Positions 40,440-48,127 of a stretch of 64,000 bases of DNA are shown one piece after another. The position numbers and the translations under genes were made by a program. Source of the stretch: an uncultured Clostridia bacterium (GTDB lineage: Bacteria; Bacillota; Clostridia; Christensenellales; UBA1242); assembly GCA_944382715.1 (NCBI GenBank), contig CALWNC010000001.1, forward strand, positions 224,104-288,103. Reading direction: 5' to 3'. The notes beneath the pieces were generated by a model. It worked only from the letters and a program-made list of their open reading frames with translations. It was not told where the DNA came from and made no database searches. How positions within the stretch are numbered: position 1 is the first letter of the stretch; each line of letters opens with the position of its first letter.

Positions 40440-41141
40440 TTGTATTACTTAAACAGCAGATACTATGACCCTGAAACTGGTAGATTTATTAATGCTGATG
40501 ATATTAGTATTTTAAATACAACTAAGTCTGTTATTAATGGACTAAATTTATATGCATATTGTAAAAACAATCCAATTATGAACATTGACACTAATGGAAA
40601 TTGGAGTTGGAAAAATTTTTTTGGTTGGGTTTTTGTTGGTGTTGAAATTGCAGTTGCTTCAATTGCTATTGCATATGGCGTAGTAGCATCAATTTCAGGA
40701 AATGACTTACTTAGTTCATCATTAATTGGATTTGGAACAGGTGTTATATCTGAAATAATAACATCTACAACTCAAAATTTAGATAATTCGATACAAATTG
40801 CTATTAATGGTTTTAAAGGTGGAGTGATTGGAGGTACAGCGGGATTTGTTGCTGGTGGAATTGGTTTAATGGGAGAATATTATGGAAATATATTAGGTAA
40901 CACTTTAAGCAACATGACTATATTATCTAGTGGAATAAAACTATCTAAAATTATTAATCCATCAATAATCATTAGTTTAATTTCTACAATGTCTTCAATA
41001 GTCGCTGGAATTGGAAGTGGAATTCTAATTCAAAATTTATTTTATAATGAGAATGATATGTATGAAAATGCAACAAATTCATTAAAAGATGAAATTAAAT
41101 CAATTATATATGAAATTTTTAGATATTTTGCACTTCAATAA
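40440..41141 (+). CDS. orphan Rhs C-terminal toxin cassette (core remnant + alternative Gly-rich CT)
   Basis: The ORF retains YYLNSRYYDPETGRFINADD...NPIMNIDTNGN. Nucleotide homology to the main rhs (39016-39262) starts at 40337, upstream of any start codon. The CT differs from the main toxin. Confidence 0.7.
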   Translation: MYYLNSRYYDPETGRFINADDISILNTTKSVINGLNLYAYCKNNPIMNIDTNGNWSWKNFFGWVFVGVEIAVASIAIAYGVVASISGNDLLSSSLIGFGTGVISEIITSTTQNLDNSIQIAINGFKGGVIGGTAGFVAGGIGLMGEYYGNILGNTLSNMTILSSGIKLSKIINPSIIISLISTMSSIVAGIGSGILIQNLFYNENDMYENATNSLKDEIKSIIYEIFRYFALQ

Positions 41142-41152
41142 AGGAGAAGTTT

Positions 41153-41650
41153 ATGTATAAAAGGAAAGATATCGTATTTGGAGCAAAAAAGGGTTATTAT
41201 TTTAATGATAATCTTATTGACTATACATATGGGCTATATGGGATTTTTTTATTTCTTCTTATTTTTGCTTTTACATTATATGTTATATATAAAGATTTTG
41301 AATGTTTTGAATTATTAATATTAACTCTAATTGTTAATGTAATTGTTTTCTTAGTTACTTTTCCATTGGTTTTAAAAGAAATAAAAATGAAAAAATATTT
41401 AAAATTATGTTTAAAAGATTATGTCAAATTAAAAGCAAATGTAAAATGTTATGATGCATTCTATAAACATAAAGTATATGTAATAAAATTTATTTATAAT
41501 GGTAAAAATATTGAATATAAAAGCAATATTGTAAAAGTAACCTACTTTAATAAAGCCATTTTTAATAAATTTATTGGTAAAAAAATAAATATTTTATATT
41601 CACCAAGTATGAATGATATCTTATTCTTAAAAAAGCAAGATAAAAATTAG
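41153..41650 (+). CDS. putative immunity protein for orphan toxin (membrane)
   Basis: 165 aa with 2 TM segments. RBS AAGGAGAA. Confidence 0.5.
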   Translation: MYKRKDIVFGAKKGYYFNDNLIDYTYGLYGIFLFLLIFAFTLYVIYKDFECFELLILTLIVNVIVFLVTFPLVLKEIKMKKYLKLCLKDYVKLKANVKCYDAFYKHKVYVIKFIYNGKNIEYKSNIVKVTYFNKAIFNKFIGKKINILYSPSMNDILFLKKQDKN

Positions 41651-41661
41651 TATATAAAAAT

Positions 41662-41698
41662 GAAGTAAACCCAACAAGGTTTACTTCATTTTTTTTAT
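41662..41698 (+). terminator. intrinsic terminator
   Basis: GAAGTAAAC ccaacaag GTTTACTTC followed by TTTTTTTT. Confidence 0.8.
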
Positions 41699-41706
41699 TA
41701 AATAAA

Positions 41707-41739
41707 AAGATTAGAGTAAATTAGAGTAAATTTGAATTA
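41707..41739 (+). promoter_or_regulatory. 33-bp conserved promoter-like element, copy 2
   Basis: Identical to 34037-34069. Lies 54 nt upstream of the tail-fibre-like gene. Confidence 0.6.
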
Positions 41740-41792
41740 TAATAGAAGTAGATAGATTACATTACCCTAAAAATTTATAAAGGAGAAAAAAT

Positions 41793-42842
41793 ATGGAATT
41801 TAAAAATCGAGTACCAAATAACAAAAACAGAGTTTTAATAACTCCAGAAAATGGAACAAGTGCATTTCATGCAGTAATAACAAGACAAGATAATCCTCAA
41901 GCAGGAAACGAAGGAACAATGTTAGAAGCTGGAATATTTAATAACTTAAGCGAAGAAATAAAAAATAATAAAATTAAATCAGAAAAAGCAATTGAAGACT
42001 CAGAGAAGGCTTTAGATGTTGTAGATAATTTATCAGTTACAACAACGGAAATAGCTTCAACTGCTACCCCATTTGTTGAAATTAATACAACTGAAGAAAC
42101 TGGCAGAAAAACACTAAATTTTAATATCCCTGCATCAAAACAAGGAAAATCGTATAGACACAGAGGAATTTGGGCTAGTAGTCTTACCTACTATAATAAT
42201 GACCTATATATCGATACAGTAACATTTAATGGTTGTACATATTATGCAAAGTTGACTAATTCGGCTAAAGAGCCACTTGATCTTGCAGATAATACATATT
42301 GGGGACTACTAGCGCAAAGAGGAGGAAGTTCAAATGTTGTCATAAATGATGTGATTAATGCTATTTATCCAATAGGTTCAATTTATATGTCAGTAAATGT
42401 TACATCTCCAGAAACCCTTTTTGGTGGAAATTGGGAACAGTTAAAAGATAGATTTTTACTTTCTGCTGGAGATTATTATAGTGCAGGACAAACTGGTGGA
42501 GAATCAAGCCATGTTTTACAAATTTCAGAATTACCAGGTCATAATCATAATATTAGTATTTCAGACAGGTCAATCACAGGAAGTTTCCAATTTACAGATA
42601 ATGATGGTGGAGATAATTATTATGTTAAAGCTAAAGCAGCAGATGGAGTTTTTTCAATTCAAAATGCAAGTGGTCATTATTTTGTAAATTCAAATGGTTC
42701 TAAATCTGGAACATATTCAACTGGTATTAATATGAATGCAACTCACAATCACACAGGCTCATCAACAAATACAGGAAACAATTCAGCTCACAATAATATG
42801 CCACCTTATTTAGTAGTATATATGTGGAAAAGAACATCATAA
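41793..42842 (+). CDS. phage tail-fibre / tail-collar-domain protein
   Basis: N-terminal NRVLITPENGT...EGTMLEAGIFNNL, CBM5/12-like YYAKL...YWGLLAQRG, and C-terminal GGESSHVLQISELPGHNH ... NNMPPYLVVYMWKRT (collar-type motif). Confidence 0.65.
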   Translation: MEFKNRVPNNKNRVLITPENGTSAFHAVITRQDNPQAGNEGTMLEAGIFNNLSEEIKNNKIKSEKAIEDSEKALDVVDNLSVTTTEIASTATPFVEINTTEETGRKTLNFNIPASKQGKSYRHRGIWASSLTYYNNDLYIDTVTFNGCTYYAKLTNSAKEPLDLADNTYWGLLAQRGGSSNVVINDVINAIYPIGSIYMSVNVTSPETLFGGNWEQLKDRFLLSAGDYYSAGQTGGESSHVLQISELPGHNHNISISDRSITGSFQFTDNDGGDNYYVKAKAADGVFSIQNASGHYFVNSNGSKSGTYSTGINMNATHNHTGSSTNTGNNSAHNNMPPYLVVYMWKRTS

Positions 42843-43023
42843 TTTATTTAAAATAGTAATAAATAAAAATAAATTTATTTTTTTAAATAAAAAATTTATA
42901 TATAACTTAACTTGTCTATTCTTAAATTTAAGAGTAGGCATTTTTATTTGAAAAATATTGACAAAAAAGATTAAGAAAAAACAAAGAATGACAAAAAAAG
43001 ACATATATAAAACTTGACTTTTT

Positions 43024-43052
43024 AAAAATATATCATTGTAAGATATATTTTT
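43024..43052. promoter_or_regulatory. 11-bp perfect inverted repeat, candidate operator upstream of XRE gene
   Basis: AAAAATATATC attgtaa GATATATTTTT. Direct repeats TGACAAAAAAGA lie at ~42959 and ~42988. Confidence 0.35.
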
Positions 43053-43132
43053 AATTTATTATTAAATATTTACATCTTAAAACACACAACCTTTTTCTAT
43101 AAGATATTATAAAATATATATAAGAGGATTTT

Positions 43133-43459
43133 ATGAAAAAAGATTTTACTTATGATGATATAATTTATAGAATAGGTTATTTTAGAAATATAAATAATAT
43201 TTCTGCTAGAGATTTGAGTCTTCAATTAGGTTATAGTGAATCAGAGATAAATAGAATTGAAAGAAAAACTATAAAACTTAAAGTTTCAACCTTATTAAAT
43301 ATTTTAGAAATATTTGATATAACACCTATTGAATTTTTCTATCCAAATCTAGAAGACTACAAAATAGATATGGAATTATTAAACTTATTTTCACAATTGA
43401 AAAGTGAGGATAAAAAATCATTAATTCAATTAATCTCAAAAATAATTAAAGCGAAATAA
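43133..43459 (+). CDS. XRE-family HTH regulator
   Basis: 108 aa. ISARDLSLQLGYSESEINRIERK is a typical HTH_3. Confidence 0.7.
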   Translation: MKKDFTYDDIIYRIGYFRNINNISARDLSLQLGYSESEINRIERKTIKLKVSTLLNILEIFDITPIEFFYPNLEDYKIDMELLNLFSQLKSEDKKSLIQLISKIIKAK

Positions 43460-43463
43460 ACTG

Positions 43464-43997
43464 ATGACTACTACTGAAGAAAAAGAATACATTAATACAC
43501 TTGTTAAAAAGTTAAAATTTAATGATGAAATAACATTTGAATCTTTGTATAAAATAATGTACAAAAAGTTATATATTTATTTAAAATTCTTAGGTGCTGA
43601 TGACTTTACTATTGAAGATGTAATTTCCAGCACTTTTATTATTGTTTATCAAAAAGCAAAACACAAAATTTTTTATAAGAATTGTTATTATTGGATATTA
43701 AAAATCTCTAAATATACATTTTATAATTACAATAGAAAATATAAAAAAGATGTTAGCTATGAACTAATTCAATATGAAAAAATTGATATTAGCCAAAACG
43801 GAATTGCAGAACATTTATCATTAATTGATATTTTAAATAATCTGCCGAATATTGAAAAACAAATCTTACAGCTAAAAATATATCAAGGATTAACAAATAA
43901 ACAAATCTCGAAAATTTTAAATATATCCGAATCAACAATTATTCGAAAATTTAATCATATAAAAGAATATATAGAAAGGAATAATTTTTATGAATAA
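43464..43997 (+). CDS. sigma-70-family (ECF/TcdR-like size) RNA polymerase sigma factor
   Basis: 177 aa. Region-4 HTH: LTNKQISKILNISESTIIRKFNHIKEYI. Region-2-like N-terminal half. Confidence 0.65.
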   Translation: MTTTEEKEYINTLVKKLKFNDEITFESLYKIMYKKLYIYLKFLGADDFTIEDVISSTFIIVYQKAKHKIFYKNCYYWILKISKYTFYNYNRKYKKDVSYELIQYEKIDISQNGIAEHLSLIDILNNLPNIEKQILQLKIYQGLTNKQISKILNISESTIIRKFNHIKEYIERNNFYE

Positions 43998-44649
43998 AAA
44001 AATGCAAAAAGATATTAATGAATATTTTGATAAAGAATCCCCTGAACCAAATATGGAAACCTTTAGAAAAATAAAAGAACATATTTATAATAATCAAAAT
44101 CAAAAAAAACAGACGCTTAAATATGTACTACCTATGGCATCTATTGTAATAATAACAGTTATCTCTATTATATTCACATTAATACTTACAAATAAAACAC
44201 CACCAAGTAACCCAACCACTCCCCCTAATTACTATATGGATAGCACATTAACAAAAACTGATACAAATATAGAGTTTTTACAAGATTATATATCAAATTA
44301 TTATAAAAAATATGATTTTATTTTTTCAGAAGATTATGAAATATATGAGTGTTCAAAATTTTCTCATGAAGGAAATATTAAAATGTTAAATATAAAATTG
44401 TATAATAATTTACCACCCTTTACAGAGATAGAGATGATTTTAATTATAGATAATCTATTAATTTATAGTGATGATGATAATTTTAAAACTTCTGCAATAA
44501 TTACAACTACAAATAATTACAAAATGTATTATAAAGAAATTGAAGGATTGTATATGAATAAAATTAATGTTCTTTTTGAATATGAAAATTATAGATTATA
44601 TTTATCTTTTAATATGCAAGATACAGAGTTACTAGAAAAATTTAAATAA
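43990..44649 (+). CDS. single-pass membrane protein, putative anti-sigma factor
   Basis: Overlaps the sigma gene by 8 nt. 44-aa cytoplasmic N-terminus, one TM segment (aa ~45-66), and a ~150-aa external domain. Confidence 0.4.
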   Translation: MNKKMQKDINEYFDKESPEPNMETFRKIKEHIYNNQNQKKQTLKYVLPMASIVIITVISIIFTLILTNKTPPSNPTTPPNYYMDSTLTKTDTNIEFLQDYISNYYKKYDFIFSEDYEIYECSKFSHEGNIKMLNIKLYNNLPPFTEIEMILIIDNLLIYSDDDNFKTSAIITTTNNYKMYYKEIEGLYMNKINVLFEYENYRLYLSFNMQDTELLEKFK

Positions 44650-44672
44650 TTTTAAAATTTTTTGACAGTTTT

Positions 44673-44707
44673 ATACCTCCTTATGACATTTATTAGTAAG
44701 GAGGTAT
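44673..44707 (+). promoter_or_regulatory. 11-bp perfect hairpin sequestering the RBS of the peptidase gene (or weak terminator)
   Basis: ATACCTCCTTA (44673-44683) pairs with TAAGGAGGTAT (44697-44707). The 3' arm contains the SD AAGGAGG for the ATG at 44713. Confidence 0.55.
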
Positions 44708-44712
44708 TTTAT

Positions 44713-45543
44713 ATGATAAAAAAATTATTAGCAGTGTTAGGGGTGTTTATTTTAATTTTTAGTAATAATGTAATTAATGTTACAAATTCTTCAAATGCTA
44801 TTTATAGAGAAAAATATTATTGTGGCACAAATTATTTTGACACAGGATTAAATTTTACACATATTGAAAATGAAGTATATTATGATGATTATGAAATAAT
44901 AGATAATCATTTAGAAAGATTTTGTCCAAATTATGATAATATAAATCATACAAATTCTTGTGCACCATTGGCAGGAACAATATTAATTGGTTACTATGAT
45001 TATGAATATGAAAATCTTATTCCTAATTTTGTTTCAGGTTCATATTACAATAATATTTTTACTTATAGACCTAGAACAAGTAAAGTTCAAGCAGTAAAAG
45101 ATAGCCTTTATAATCTCATGGGAACAAATTCAATTGAACCAGGAACTTCCGTTAATCAATTTAAAACAGGTCTTCAATCTTATGTAAATAATAGTGGATA
45201 CAATATATCCTATAACTCTTGTGGTAGTAATTTTAATCTACAAACAGCTTTAGGTTATTTTAATAGCGAAATGCCTATAGCTTTATTTTTAACAGGCTAT
45301 GAATATTATCCTGAAAATGGATTATTTAGAGAAGAAGGTCACTATTCAATGGGAGGACGATTAAGTTCAGGCACACATGTTTGCATAGCATATGGTTACA
45401 GACAACTAAATTATTATAATGATGGAGAGCTGTTTAGAAGTGATAATTATTTAATTGTTGTTTATGGAGACGGCACTCAAGGACTTTTAGCACTTAATAC
45501 AAATACTGGTATAGATGAAGCATATGGCATAGATATTTATTAA
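44713..45543 (+). CDS. secreted papain-fold cysteine peptidase-like protein
   Basis: Signal peptide MIKKLLAVLGVFILIF. Candidate Cys (NSCAPLAGTILIGYY) and His (GTHVCIAYGY) motifs resemble C10/C39-like peptidases. Weak call. Confidence 0.4.
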   Translation: MIKKLLAVLGVFILIFSNNVINVTNSSNAIYREKYYCGTNYFDTGLNFTHIENEVYYDDYEIIDNHLERFCPNYDNINHTNSCAPLAGTILIGYYDYEYENLIPNFVSGSYYNNIFTYRPRTSKVQAVKDSLYNLMGTNSIEPGTSVNQFKTGLQSYVNNSGYNISYNSCGSNFNLQTALGYFNSEMPIALFLTGYEYYPENGLFREEGHYSMGGRLSSGTHVCIAYGYRQLNYYNDGELFRSDNYLIVVYGDGTQGLLALNTNTGIDEAYGIDIY

Positions 45544-45569
45544 ATCAATATAAAATTAAAATAAAACAC

Positions 45570-45603
45570 AAAGGCTATGTAATTTTTACATAGCCTTTTT
45601 TTA
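45570..45603 (+). terminator. intrinsic terminator
   Basis: AAGGCTATGTAA ttt TTACATAGCCTT followed by TTTTT. Confidence 0.8.
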
Positions 45604-45615
45604 TGGAGAATATAG

Positions 45616-45945
45616 ATGAATAATGCCAAAGAAAAATTAGAGTCATATAAAATTAATAAAATACTAAAAAAGGACTTAGAAAACGAATTAAAACATAATA
45701 GCACAAATGAATTTATAAAAAATGAATATATAAAATTAGACAATGAGTTAAAATTAATTGAAACGATAATTACAAATTTGTCTCAACCATATAAGAGCAT
45801 CTTATATTATAAATTTATAAAGGAAGATTCCTATCAAAATATAGCTATAAAATTAAACTATTCTATTCAAAGGATTTATCAGTTACTAAATGAATCTTTT
45901 AAAAAATTTGAAGAAACTTATCAAAATGCTTTAAAACAAAAATAA
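45616..45945 (+). CDS. sigma-70 region-4-like small transcription regulator (phage late-activator type)
   Basis: 109 aa. SYQNIAIKLNYSIQRIYQLLNESFKKF is an HTH. Resembles 54900..55208. Confidence 0.45.
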   Translation: MNNAKEKLESYKINKILKKDLENELKHNSTNEFIKNEYIKLDNELKLIETIITNLSQPYKSILYYKFIKEDSYQNIAIKLNYSIQRIYQLLNESFKKFEETYQNALKQK

Positions 45946-46207
45946 AAATATATTTGATAATTAATTAACAAAAATAATGTAATAATTATTTCAATAACTA
46001 CAATATAGATAAACTATCTATGTTATATAATTTATTTATGAAAACTAAAAAAATAAAATATCTCCTTTATATGTTTTTATCTTCGACTTAATTATATTAA
46101 AAATCAAAATTTTATTATTTTAAAACATATGAAATATATAATAAAATTTGTTTCTAAAAAACATAAAGAATTAATATAAAAAACATTCAAAAAACTCAAT
46201 TTGAGAT

Positions 46208-46275
46208 CCTGGCGTGTGCTTGTCTTGATATGATACGAGTGGTGTCGCTTCGCTCCACCAGACAAGCACACGCCA
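46208..46275. repeat. GC-rich 17-bp perfect-stem hairpin
   Basis: CTGGCGTGTGCTTGTCT (46208-46224) pairs with AGACAAGCACACGCCAG (46259-46275). 34-nt loop. Confidence 0.85.
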
Positions 46276-46496
46276 GAATCAAACTAAACTGAAAAAATAA
46301 GACTAATTTTTTAACGAAAATAAATAATAATTTTTTAAAAACAAAATTAAAAATTAAGGCAATTTTAGTAGATAAAACAGACTTAATTTTATTAGATAAT
46401 AAAGTAAGCATAAATTAAATTTATTCGTTAAATAAATAGAATTTTAACCCTTGAAAAATTTATCTAAAAAATCATAAATTTAATCTTGGGTAATAA

Positions 46497-46578
46497 CAAA
46501 ATCACGGCAACAATGCATGGGTTCGTGCGCAGGCTTTCCACGAGACCCATTGCATTTTTTTATTGCCGTGATTTTGTT
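46497..46578. repeat. GC-rich 82-nt long imperfect hairpin
   Basis: ACAAAATCACGGCAA (46497-46511) pairs with TTGCCGTGATTTTGT (46564-46578). Inner arms CAATGCATGGGTTCGTG / CACGAGACCCATTGCATT carry two bulges. Confidence 0.8.
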
Positions 46579-46672
46579 TTGTTGTTTATTTTTTTATTTT
46601 AATTTCCTGCTTTTTTATTAAATATATAATTTATTTTCTTTTTTATGAATTATTGTTATTTTTTATAAAATC

Positions 46673-46715
46673 GCACTATATTTACTTAAAATTAATATTT
46701 TTAGCACTATATTTA
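46673..46715. repeat. 12-nt direct repeat pair downstream of the rep 3' end (stop at 46753)
   Basis: GCACTATATTTA at 46673-46684 and 46704-46715 (31-bp spacing). Confidence 0.6.
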
Positions 46716-46752
46716 AGTATTTTTATATATAATTTGCGTTTTTTATTTTATG

Positions 46753-47442
46753 TTAAGAATATGCTTTAGGCATTTTCTCAATTACTTCTTCGCAAACTTC
46801 TCCCATATATTCACCTTCTACTAAACACTTAAATTTATCGGATAAAAGTATTTTCTTATCTTCCATACCTATCGGACAAATTATATCATCTTCTAAAATA
46901 TCTGACACAAAATACATTGGTAAATTTTTAGAATAAACAATTTTTTCATTAGTTTTTTCTAGGTATTTTACAAGATATGCAATAGCACTTCCAAGTCGTT
47001 TTTCATAAGGATTTATTTCTTTAAAATCACTTCTTCCAAACCTTTCATTAAAGTATGTATTTTGAAATGTTGTCTGCATTTTATTATACTGCGTGCTATA
47101 ATCTCTTACTTCTATTATTTCACCTGGCATTGTGCCATCTGGTATATTAAATAGTCCGTGAAAATGTAATCTATTTGTCTTTGGTGCTCGTTCCCAAACA
47201 CCCATATATTTTCAATTTTTTCTTTCGGTTAAATGTCTAAAACAAGTTCTAAGTTTTTTCTTAAATGTGTCTTCCGTATGCTTTTTATCATCATAAGTAA
47301 AGGTGCAAAAATAATTAAAATTTGCTAGATTTGCTTTTCTTACCATACGCACTTTTTTGCAAATTAAATTTCTTTTTACCCTTTCAAAATTTGCATTTAC
47401 AAAATCTTCGCATCTTTTTTCAGTTGTAAAATACGGTAGCAT
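46753..47442 (-). CDS. HUH rolling-circle replication initiator (Rep), interrupted by one in-frame TGA
   Basis: Motif 1 FCTFTYDD lies in ORF 47212..47442. HUH motif RLHFHGLF and Tyr motif AIAYLVKYLEK lie in ORF 46753..47205. The ORFs share a frame and are separated only by TGA (47212-47214) AAA TAT ATG. Confidence 0.65.
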
Positions 47443-47477
47443 TTCTTTATAAATTATCTGCCATCTTTCTTTTTTCT

Positions 47478-47825
47478 TTACATAAGAATATTTGCGATAT
47501 AATTCGTTAAATAACTCCTTTTTAGTTGTTTTTCTAGTATTTTTAGGCTTTTTGCATTATTTTTGGTATCATTTGCACTTTTTTCATCTTCTTCAAAAGG
47601 CAATTCATAAGGTCCTTCGAGTTCTTTAAATGGTATAATATAAGGTTCTTCTTCAACTTCTTCCACCGTATTATCTGTTTCATTAGCAAAATCATTAACT
47701 GTTTCTTCTTTAACTTCAATAAGTTCTTCAGGTGGTTTTGGTCTATGTTTTACCTTTCTAGTGGTGTGAGGAATACCTATATAATGACTTCCATCAAAGT
47801 ATACTTTTGTTCCTGGATACAGCAT
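47478..47825 (-). CDS. hypothetical acidic protein
   Basis: 115 aa. The start overlaps the upstream stop. Confidence 0.45.
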   Translation of the reverse strand: MLYPGTKVYFDGSHYIGIPHTTRKVKHRPKPPEELIEVKEETVNDFANETDNTVEEVEEEPYIIPFKELEGPYELPFEEDEKSANDTKNNAKSLKILEKQLKRSYLTNYIANILM

Positions 47826-48127
47826 TATTTAATGCTTAAATTCGCATCTTTGTTAGCCTGTTCCTTTTTTAGTTTTTGTTCTTGTTTATTAAGTTTCTTT
47901 TTTTGCTTCTTTAATTTTTTATTTTCCTTTATTAACTCCTTTTGAAATCTTTTATCTTCTTTATCTATTTTTCTAAACATCTTTTTTAAGTTCTTAAAAA
48001 TATACTTACTTATTTTACTGTTATATTTTTCAGGCACAAAGTCAGCAGTATCTAGTGTTAAACTAAATGTTTTGTAATACTCTGAAAGAACATCATTAAT
48101 AAGGTCATTTTTATTAAAATTAAGCAC
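47825..48127 (-). CDS. hypothetical Lys-rich protein
   Basis: 100 aa with a C-terminal KKLKKQKKKLNKQEQKLKK. Confidence 0.4.
   Translation of the reverse strand: MLNFNKNDLINDVLSEYYKTFSLTLDTADFVPEKYNSKISKYIFKNLKKMFRKIDKEDKRFQKELIKENKKLKKQKKKLNKQEQKLKKEQANKDANLSIK

Noticed and set aside
46196-46411. 71-aa ORF on the minus strand
   Set aside because: It is generated by the GC-rich 17-bp hairpin (its C-terminus is the stem sequence). It has no RBS and an implausible composition.
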